Assembly: GCA_001761425.1 (NCBI GenBank)
Contig: CP012986.1
Coordinates: 570,001 to 602,000 of the forward strand
DNA length: 32,000 bases
Reading direction: 5' to 3'
Origin: Candidatus Saccharimonadota bacterium
Lineage (GTDB): Archaea > Nanohalarchaeota > Nanosalinia > Nanosalinales > Nanosalinaceae
Shown: positions 27,501-32,000 of the stretch, one piece after another
Position numbering within the stretch: the stretch's first letter is position 1
Layout of the letters: each line of letters starts with the position of its first letter
The notes under the pieces: generated by a model
What the model saw: only the letters and a program-made list of their open reading frames with translations
Told to the model about the DNA's origin: nothing
Database searches by the model: none
Position numbers and translations under genes: made by a program

Positions 27501-28215
27501 TCCAAACGAATCGACCAGCAGGCCTATAAATTATCAAGTCAGCCGACACTCAGCAGTTGAAAACTACACCGATCTCAGGACACGTGCAGGAATCCTCAAC
27601 TCCACCATCAGCGACTACAGGATCGCAGGAATAGATACCTCAAACATGGAAAAGGCCTATCAAAACCTGACATCTCATCTAGAAGAGGCAAACTCCTCCA
27701 TCCAAAGAGATGACCTTCAGGGCCTTAAGGCCTCAGTTGTCGAAGCCAGATCTGACGCTGAAACAGTTAGAAAGATGCTCGATAACGCCTCCTGGAAGAA
27801 ATACATCTTGTTGAACTGGTGGAAGTGGGCAGCAGGATTTGTAGGTCTGTATATTTTGTTCTTCCTGGCTGTGATGGTTGGAATACCATACTACAGGATC
27901 CAGACAGAGCTGACAAGGATTAACAGCCAGTTGGAAAGTGCTGTGGACGCAAGAAAGAAAGGAGAGAAACAGTACTTCCAGAGAAAGATCGACAAGGATA
28001 CATTCAACGAAATGATGACAGAAAGACAGAATGAGGTACTCCAGCTACGCGGAGACAAAGAAGATCTTAAAGAAGAGCTGGACGGGTTCTTAATGAGCAA
28101 ACTTACGCTGGAGAATTACCTGAAAGCACCGTGGAAAGGCATGGAGGAAATGGAGAAATGGTGGGCAGCCAACAGAAAGGCCCGCCAGAACCTCAAAGAT
28201 GAACAAGAAGAATAG
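18565..28215 (+). CDS. giant (~3,216 aa) membrane-anchored, sequon-rich cell-surface protein / putative adhesin
   Basis: A single uninterrupted ORF. The N-terminal signal-like sequence is MDSGKISKLLLIFLILGLIPLSAS. Next come a ~600-aa N-terminal module and a jelly-roll/MAM-like module (~20410-20905). A tandem array of ~90-110-aa Ig-like units follows, marked by D-x-x-(A/P/Q)-P boundaries and D-x-(A/S)-G-N motifs. Later elements are a Gly-rich linker (PSGGGGGFSGGGPS), a single C-terminal TM helix (AAGFVGLYILFFLAVMVGIPYY, ~27829-27895), and a ~105-aa charged coiled-coil tail. I counted about 118 N-x-S/T sequons by hand. Confidence 0.85.
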   Translation: MDSGKISKLLLIFLILGLIPLSASISEVDVLVVNDGHTLDPSASVDYSQEVDENFEDIYNESLKSIQGVDVDYSKTSDDEKESGPSLETMNQYDMVVWYTLADSASSPGGFKTLTSTDEENVREYLDQGGTFYLTGHTLDDEESLYGEGDFFREVMNARYKDNDGSPNYWRFTDRGSNDGEDWEYVQVTDGALSDTDRMLFDQDGKIVLTGEDSHAITEDMSFELNTSTNPPSSLGVLTDNCYHEQDNETELDQCDPNPWQNADDGLRLVNNKPVADSKGDTVDKENVNINGAGDSSRITVDYSESPDMKTVAGVAVKDSKDVEMEHFDISNDEGSIKKLKSIETEAFDVYTFLIDDQSDGNAEFLFNDTARLAAITVTVKNAVGAYPATDVTTKSAPEDISTSVESQDGDRVIDFLAASDSPSTTNDEMNDMATTNLGGSSTFLTKRLEGSDPERTMGYSGPENMAHIVINLRKDRADAEYYVETDGYEDNGEPASNPGNSNNQADYPDEYAHTLVNSREDKYRTLVSSIGFESIKGEQSRKQLMDNTLRFLTGPVANNTRVYSGENIPDSGADESRYTNSTLNIEAEGENLQQNPSGLRRARFLHEGTPQEFKPTFESGFDNFTEANQTWEGDSEDGGYATVTRSCGVKKGDQVLTLYARDDETLLDSRDDVAAVRMSEPVDVSNHQNLVLEFYVSDDGVDCDEPEYDYGEHLDVMYKNNNGSYSRARTIYAESDNVNWRKVQVEIPVDRNDQFKVKFKTREMDVGDAWLVDEVEINQGLSLTDGRWGDQKESVEGFINATKAVDNLDSNPRGVNLTYGVQFKDDSNQGYWGVPEKRWVKIDTVPPNSLTDVSFEDDYTSDETVNISVTNDFILEKRANLTRFSCDPENGEWSEWRTRDSQQVSQKFEIDITDQALGCSDSQGNRTISVQTRDYAGNRAPEIKKDWIIYDAERPDFLGARPGNRSAVQSDVTVNITASDNFGISDRFTEYNAGQEDSISFTPNETVGLDFTGEGWRTLEAWIYDRASNLREVSLDYDIDDTAPWVNVTPESNNEPKNDTAVKPDETFRIEAFDRNFESLTVNSVGNSTFSNNVSDFDPEWSGGKVRDLEVWLNDSAGNQRFRNYSYTVDGQAPVSEAVDTANESYVKSDDVLKFNFSDSTSGVEGVSTSKDRERGVDWDLGVGFGSDASGETDLSVSATDRAGNTLTENYTYTLDDEPPVAETNYSREADSTDGWFNRDVEVEVNATDNQELDTIIYGSSRDGSVSAPELTSNTNTSIKVTCPNSNICEKVVTYNANDSAGNYFRDSYRESETVSIDKKAPLIEIGSLTQSGLIEIESEIRDPGIGVQDASFRVLNRSDTSQVLESGDLNESNNWSYIWDSEQDIDSTQEVTLKIEAEDRFQQNSTEQTEFKVENEKTTATITNPEDEIVSDNFDLSIEANRPGNSEGLKWHNFTVDRNGEEVYSESKSLEGADTHLFDRQFDTTELDGDGNYSLNTTALSNGTSEYATAEKWFYLDTRPPEALIETDINDSWVTGRIEIDFAASDSVGNGTLESYYMNDSDWQRMNKNLNYSDKAFNFSTSDRCQDSASNTCGVKIVAEDKAGNLNSSMVEFKVDNSPPEVDLTAPDAEWQNSNFNVARNISDNVVDSRDLYCEVKVNSTGWRETQLCNTNYTVDISESCDREGGICQVEINASHPELPLYQTDQKFYSIDTEQPEIYTGPEPAPETVINGSEDISLGFQEPTSDMNYSKWDEGKGLKDLETDQPFKPGWTENGNRTLEILLNDTAGNLRTEQYIYTFDNKAPELQNSGLSVSEDGFFDETRVYRGEEIKLELNVSENIEMEKVTAEISSDGENWNKSLQLEEGNLTEGLWTKNLANTTTGLYTVQKVYLEDRAGNRTRVSSSLPEFRIMNYSENVEIGGMKEVDAGNSTDFNYTVDFNRTQGERQLKVYVPPSGPGETFDPYFQLENVSCKTSECNVTHQENFFNLSYTGGSPEVSVTAHSEAFTPEQDTEGNFTSQLLDNTRKSEVKISAPELEINSSSCSPACTLDQFDSFNLTLEPVNNMTSTSTGTALNTSLSISSGGLEDRSRELGNLGTGENLSERFADISSDEAGNFTYDAVLEDATGVYRDSKEIEVEFLDAEEPDIVDAGPSSRRVNVNDSIDLLAELTDNVEVADANLTLEYPNGTAQNLSLDRDIENEWANSFNKTSEKGIYQLKKVYASDRRENTNQTTLNSQFKVTELRLNSSVSKTNIQNREAVNFTVNITGNSTEVQRVTVNASTPEGLNRSREYTDVGLNNTLKFDRFDNSGNYSFNVTVNAGLKVTNQTSDVFVRYGNSSVESLDSGNNRTLEIPETISSASLEWRLTPINGSLKNLAFEPGSNDETVLSTGSAQSVDDLVYTEGARTEQLTVNPENTGSADITAILEAENGGNTSKQVSVEVTEQDNERPQINSFNLSEKDLNLNETLDFSANITDNSIIKNSTLEIGYPNPSNATETINMERIGEQTYQTEFNNLNQTGNYTATLKAYDISGNSYMVAENFTVTDRYSIEIDTDKSIYMKEEDAVISFDVLDASGDQVKNYSLNSSIEYSNSNHSLVEGQNVSRTEFTVERDYPPDITNELGGDPIYYSIYAEASSRGNKGKASASMPVHRVFDVSLNNDQYVAPGENFLVTSDWRKKNGELLPQTWQPFILCDACPSNYKLMLRDLETDNYVKNLTAPNQTGSYSFTLRGSYQGNSESQDPTGAEDEPPFGTFEVVPGGKPPNSGDEEQALPSGGGGGFSGGGPSMEIVRRSPPPSIPSGTEQVNLSVNTNIAAECVYSRNRVPEAVPFDEASDFQETGGVNHSTPLTAEEGVTYSYNIMCASGEANSTQEIIFSTETLEGFSYAGPTSVTPNNESVSQKGNYSARVAVYNEKSEALTVDLDVEGTCCNLSFMIGSEKKESVTIPAEGEKNLDLNVYSPLHVKPGSYNGTLKLTSPNESTSRPINYQVSRHSAVENYTDLRTRAGILNSTISDYRIAGIDTSNMEKAYQNLTSHLEEANSSIQRDDLQGLKASVVEARSDAETVRKMLDNASWKKYILLNWWKWAAGFVGLYILFFLAVMVGIPYYRIQTELTRINSQLESAVDARKKGEKQYFQRKIDKDTFNEMMTERQNEVLQLRGDKEDLKEELDGFLMSKLTLENYLKAPWKGMEEMEKWWAANRKARQNLKDEQEE

Positions 28216-28250
28216 AACTCTTTTTCAAGGGGCGGAACAAACAAAATATT

Positions 28251-29786
28251 ATGCCTGGAAACAAGGTCGCAGTAACACAGTTCAAGAAAAAAGACAACGG
28301 CTCTGGAAAAGAGGTACAGGTATCCTTCCAGAACCAGTCAGACGACCTTTTCTACGACTTCATTAACTTCTACTCCGGCAAGAAAAACCTGGACACAGAA
28401 CTACTTGACCTCGCACCAGGAGAAGTCAAAAACATAACGGTAAAGGCCTCAGACCTCAAAGGGAGACTCAAAATCTCCAAAGACAGCTTCAACTCTGGCG
28501 TAATATTCAGAGAAGGAGAGGACGCAACAGAAAAACAGCTGGTCCCAAATAGCAACCAGAAAACCGGAGAAAAAAAGGCTTCAAGACAGAAAAAGGCCTC
28601 TGAACAGGAAAAAAATCTTTTCGACAGAGCTATGGAAGGTGAAATCGAGCCTCCACATCTGAAGGAAAAACTCGGTAGAGAAGTACCAGACCTCTCAGAA
28701 ACTGTAAAAGAGATGAAAGAAAAAACCCTGGAAACTGTAGAAAAAGAAAAGAAACCATCACGGAGCAAGAACTCAGAAGAAAAAAATATTACCGAAAATC
28801 CTGGACAAGGCCTTGAAAAAGGCTCTGAGGATAAATTGGATGTAGATGAAAATGAAAATAATGAACATGAAGGAGACGAACACAGACATGAAGAGGTCGA
28901 GAACAGATCGCTTCTGGATTCTTTGATACATCCGTTTACTCATCCTCAGCCCGTGGAGAGGCCTGAAAAACAGGTTGAAGAAACGACTGAAGAAGATGAG
29001 GAGGCCTCTGATGACGGTGAAGATGAGGATGTGCTGGTGACTGAGAAGAACGATTACAGCACTGAAAGAGTTACCACTGGTGCTCTTAATCTTGATAACA
29101 AGATGGAAGGTGGTTTTGTCAAAGGCACTATGAACTTGATCACGGGTAAGACAGGTACGGGTAAGACTGCGTTCTGTTCGAACTATATCTGGGAGGGTGC
29201 GAAAAAAGGAGAGCCAGGAGTTTATGTAACGACAGAAGAGAGGGAGGAGGATATACTCGAGGATATAAACTCGATGTTCGGCTGGGACTTTGATTCGCTT
29301 GCTGGACAGGACAAGGTCCGTGTATTATCCATCAAACCTGTTTTCCCCAGCCAGAATATGGACAACATTTCCAGGATCGTCAGAAGCTATATTTCAGACC
29401 TCCTGGACCAGGTAAACGATGCTATAGAAGAGATAGGAGCAGAAAGAGTAGTAATCGATTCAGTCTCACTTGTACAGATGTTCATACAGGATGAATACAT
29501 GTCACGTGTCGCCCTGTCCAGCCTGATGAACAACCTGAGAGAAGCCGGAGTCACCGCAGTCCTGGTCGGATCCATACCAGAAACCTCGGAAGGCCTGTCA
29601 AAAGAGGGCATCATAGAGTACCTGGTGGATACAGTCATACTGCTGGAGTTCGTACCAGTCGCAGAAGACTACAATAGAACACTGAAGATACGTAAGATGC
29701 GTAGAACCGACCATGAAACAGATATCTTTCCTTTCGAGGTTACAGCGGACGGACTGGAAATCCATGAGGCTTACGAATCTTTATAG
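28251..29786 (+). CDS. KaiC/RecA-superfamily ATPase with unique N-terminal domain and long charged disordered linker
   Basis: The C-terminal ~240 aa has Walker A GKTGTGKT, Walker B VVIDSV, and ...KIRKMRRTDHETDIFPFEV. Residues 1-100 form a beta-rich domain I cannot place. Residues ~100-270 are a K/E/D-rich low-complexity region. There is no signal peptide or TM segment. Confidence 0.75.
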   Translation: MPGNKVAVTQFKKKDNGSGKEVQVSFQNQSDDLFYDFINFYSGKKNLDTELLDLAPGEVKNITVKASDLKGRLKISKDSFNSGVIFREGEDATEKQLVPNSNQKTGEKKASRQKKASEQEKNLFDRAMEGEIEPPHLKEKLGREVPDLSETVKEMKEKTLETVEKEKKPSRSKNSEEKNITENPGQGLEKGSEDKLDVDENENNEHEGDEHRHEEVENRSLLDSLIHPFTHPQPVERPEKQVEETTEEDEEASDDGEDEDVLVTEKNDYSTERVTTGALNLDNKMEGGFVKGTMNLITGKTGTGKTAFCSNYIWEGAKKGEPGVYVTTEEREEDILEDINSMFGWDFDSLAGQDKVRVLSIKPVFPSQNMDNISRIVRSYISDLLDQVNDAIEEIGAERVVIDSVSLVQMFIQDEYMSRVALSSLMNNLREAGVTAVLVGSIPETSEGLSKEGIIEYLVDTVILLEFVPVAEDYNRTLKIRKMRRTDHETDIFPFEVTADGLEIHEAYESL

Positions 29787-29815
29787 AAAACCACTGTTTG
29801 TGCGGGAGAAATATA

Positions 29816-29842
29816 GAGAAAAAATGTTTTTAAGGCCTTTTT
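29816..29842. terminator. bidirectional oligo-T/oligo-A region between the convergent KaiC-like genes
   Basis: GAAAAAATGTTTTTAAGGCCTTTTT contains two T5 runs on the plus strand and one T6 run on the minus strand. Confidence 0.35.
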
Positions 29843-30529
29843 CTAGAATCCGGCCTGTTCTTTCATCTTGATTCCATTATCTGTTATCTCTACAGGATGT
29901 GTTCCCGGTGTGTGATCTGTTCTTCTCATTTTTCTGACTTCGATGTTTCTGAAGCTTCCTTCTCCCATCGATTCGTAGTAAAGGGCTACTACTCCGTCGG
30001 CTACGAACTCAGATACGTTTGATCGGGAAAGTGAGTTCTCACTGTTTTCAGGGATCTCTGCTGTCATGATTACTGTTGAGTCGGATTTCCTGAGCATTTT
30101 GACCAAGTCCTGAAGGTTTCTTCTGACTTCAAATTTGTCGCCCCAGTAAGTGGTGAAGACGCTCATCGAGTCCAGTATCACCCGGTCATAGTCTCCGCTG
30201 TGAAGTAACTGTTTAACCTGTCCAGAAAGATACTGGTTTTCAGACGGCTCACTGTACTCCATCCTGAGATCTCCCTCATCCTCATGCTTCCTAAGATCCC
30301 ATCCAAATACAACAGCATCATCCCTGATAGCTTCGATAGGCTCCTCAGTAGAAATATACAGACATTTCTGCCCCTTACTGATTCCCTCCATCAAGAACTG
30401 GTTACAGAAAGTAGTCTTACCCGTACCTGTACCGCCTGAGATCAAAGTAACAGAACTCTCCGGAAAACCACCGTCAATCAAATCATCAAGGCCTTCAATC
30501 CCCGTCGTAATTCTCTCAACTTCAGTCAT
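29843..30529 (-). CDS. KaiC/RecA-superfamily ATPase, single domain
   Basis: GIEGLDDLIDGGFP, Walker A GGTGTGKT, Walker B VILDSM, and ...EVRKMRRTDHTPGTHPVEI. It is 228 aa. Confidence 0.8.
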   Translation of the reverse strand: MTEVERITTGIEGLDDLIDGGFPESSVTLISGGTGTGKTTFCNQFLMEGISKGQKCLYISTEEPIEAIRDDAVVFGWDLRKHEDEGDLRMEYSEPSENQYLSGQVKQLLHSGDYDRVILDSMSVFTTYWGDKFEVRRNLQDLVKMLRKSDSTVIMTAEIPENSENSLSRSNVSEFVADGVVALYYESMGEGSFRNIEVRKMRRTDHTPGTHPVEITDNGIKMKEQAGF

Positions 30530-30551
30530 AAGCTAGTTTACTACTTCCCTG

Positions 30552-30560
30552 TTTAAATTT
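30552..30560 (-). promoter_or_regulatory. TATA-like box (TTTAAATTT) upstream of the minus-strand KaiC-like gene
   Basis: Centred about 27 nt upstream of start codon 30529. Confidence 0.3.
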
Positions 30561-30713
30561 CTTACAAAAAAAGACGGCCATTCCAAACCTTTTGAACAGA
30601 TAAAATATATCCGGTAGTTGAAAACAAGATTCGATCATATTTGTGGGAGAGGCCGAGGTACTGACTCATCCTTGTTTTCCTCTACTTTTATCTCGGTTAT
30701 ACTTCTCTGGCAG

Positions 30714-30725
30714 AAAATTTTAATT
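30714..30725 (+). promoter_or_regulatory. TATA-like box (AAAATTTTAATT) upstream of the AI-2E transporter gene
   Basis: Centred about 29 nt upstream of ATG 30749. Confidence 0.3.
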
Positions 30726-30748
30726 CATTCATGTTCTAAAACCAGTTC

Positions 30749-31750
30749 ATGGAGTTTGACCGGCAGAACGCGTTTATCTATTCAGCTACTGTCTTAATCG
30801 CGTTCATCTGTTTCCTGATGATATCTCCATACATAGGATACCTTCTCTCAGGCCTTCTACTTGCTTTCGTAACCTATCCTCTGTTCCAGAAGTTTAGAGA
30901 AAAACTCGGGCCTCACATCTCCGCCACCCTGGTCCTCGTTGTAACAGTTTTCATGGCGATCCTGCCTTTCCTGATACTTCTCGGAGCCGTCGGAGGAGAC
31001 GCAGCACAGCTTGTCTCAAACATCAATACTACAGAAGGCCTTGAAACCATAGAAACTGCTGAACAGCTAATCACCCGGTACACAGGACAGAACGTCGATC
31101 TCCAGCAGAGAGCAGGAAACCTTGTCGGTCAAGTAGCATCCACACTGCCATCCAGCCTTTCATCTGTTATAGGCCTTGCAGCAGACCTGTCAATAGGTAT
31201 CTCTCTCATGCTCTTCCTGCAATTCTACGCCCTGAAAGACGGTAAAAAAATGATCGACTGGACCAAAAAATTCGACTACATAACAACGGAAAGACAGGAC
31301 ATGCTCTACACATCCACCGCCAGATCGGTATGGTCAGTCGTCAAAGGACACGTCCTCATGGCATTCACACAGGGAATACTCTCAGGCATAGGCCTCTGGA
31401 TCTTCGGAGTACCGAACATCCTGTTCTGGACATTCATGATGATACTGCTCGGATTCATACCCATCGTCGGAGCAGCCCTCATCTGGGCGCCAGCAGCCTT
31501 ATTCCTCATGCTAGAAGGACAGATAACATCAGGAGTCCTACTACTTATCTACGGAACAGTAATAGTAGGAGGAAGCGACAACCTGCTCAGACCCCTCGTA
31601 GTAGACGACGAAGCAGACATACACCCATTCTTCATCCTCATAGGCCTCATAGGAGGAGTAGGCCTCTTCGGACCCGTAGGCCTCTTCCTGGGACCAGTAA
31701 TCTTTGGAATCCTCAAAAACCTCCTCGACATAATCCTTCAAAAACAGTAG
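30749..31750 (+). CDS. AI-2E family (PerM/UPF0118) transporter
   Basis: 333 aa with about 8 TM helices. The typical family arrangement is present, including ...LGFIPIVGAALIWAPAALFL... and ...GGSDNLLRPLVV. Confidence 0.7.
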   Translation: MEFDRQNAFIYSATVLIAFICFLMISPYIGYLLSGLLLAFVTYPLFQKFREKLGPHISATLVLVVTVFMAILPFLILLGAVGGDAAQLVSNINTTEGLETIETAEQLITRYTGQNVDLQQRAGNLVGQVASTLPSSLSSVIGLAADLSIGISLMLFLQFYALKDGKKMIDWTKKFDYITTERQDMLYTSTARSVWSVVKGHVLMAFTQGILSGIGLWIFGVPNILFWTFMMILLGFIPIVGAALIWAPAALFLMLEGQITSGVLLLIYGTVIVGGSDNLLRPLVVDDEADIHPFFILIGLIGGVGLFGPVGLFLGPVIFGILKNLLDIILQKQ

Positions 31751-31809
31751 ATCCCCCCAGAACACGAAAAAACCTCATGGTAAAGGCCTCCACAACTTCG
31801 AGCGCAACA

Positions 31810-31817
31810 TTTATAAA
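31810..31817 (+). promoter_or_regulatory. TATA-like box (TTTATAAA) with no annotated gene downstream
   Basis: Same octamer as at 6629-6636. The predicted start near 31840-31845 precedes a structured, non-acidic region (see findings). Confidence 0.3.
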
Positions 31818-32000
31818 TGCCGGATCGTAAAGAATAAATATGAGTCACGCAGCACACACCGCAACAAGCGGAACGCACCTGTCAACCAATCGCTGTGTGA
31901 CCTTTATCTATCAAGTGTTTTCCATTCCGAATATCCTGTATAACTGATACAGGATAAGTAGGTTGGGACGACCTGGCCTGGCTCACAACTCAGTGGGCCC

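Noticed and set aside
28216-28250. T5 tract (28221-28225) as a definite terminator separating the giant gene from the KaiC-like gene
   Set aside because: Five Ts is a weak archaeal terminator, the gap is only 35 nt, and there is no well-spaced TATA box. I could neither confirm nor exclude read-through, so operon status is left as a hypothesis.
31330-31830. 166-aa R/H/P-rich ORF overlapping the AI-2E transporter gene
   Set aside because: The alternative frame encodes a convincing multi-TM transporter. This ORF is low-complexity and highly basic.
1-32000. CRISPR arrays, rRNA genes, IS elements, transposases, integrases and recognisable defence systems
   Set aside because: I saw no regularly spaced direct repeats, no rRNA signature sequences, and no DDE, tyrosine or serine recombinase motifs in any ORF of the six-frame track.

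Overview
The window looks like an archaeal chromosome segment, mid-40s %GC by eye. Three things support this: predicted proteins are strongly acidic (D/E-rich), one tRNA carries an intron, and TATA-like boxes sit about 25-30 nt upstream of many start codons, so transcripts look leaderless. The gene content is a compact housekeeping set (gatA/gatB, pyruvate kinase, alpha-glucan phosphorylase, NAD synthetase, thioredoxin reductase, a PAN-like ATPase) plus one giant surface protein. This fits a salt-in halophilic DPANN archaeon of the Nanohaloarchaeota type; that assignment is inference, not a database hit.

Gene order:
- gatA (3' part), polyprenyl synthase, gatB, a cupin, and a YbaK-like/GatB-tail fusion protein
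- a nucleotidyltransferase and a small acidic protein
- a PAN-like AAA+ ATPase and pyruvate kinase
- tRNA-Arg(TCG) and an SDR oxidoreductase
- a gtrABC-like glycosylation operon (GT2, polytopic membrane protein, GtrA-like)
- two small genes, then alpha-glucan phosphorylase
- tRNA-Arg(CCT) with a 67-nt intron, then a hypothetical protein
- a topoisomerase-type zinc-finger protein, a PRTase and trxB
- tRNA-Gly(TCC), followed by att-like repeats and a gene remnant
- nadE
- a ~3,216-aa membrane-anchored surface protein rich in N-glycosylation sequons
- two convergent KaiC/RecA-like ATPases
- an AI-2E family transporter

I saw no rRNA, CRISPR array, transposase or integrase.

Most notable observations:
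1. The palindrome AGGCCT occurs about 130 times by hand count. About 6-8 copies would be expected by chance. It appears in all reading frames, on both strands and between genes.
2. The giant surface protein has a cytoplasmic coiled-coil tail. It is followed 35 nt later by a KaiC-like ATPase with a novel N-terminal extension, and then by a second, convergent KaiC-like paralog.
3. A YbaK-type deacylase domain is fused to a duplicate of the GatB tRNA-binding tail, next to gatB.
4. There is an integration-scar-like structure downstream of tRNA-Gly.
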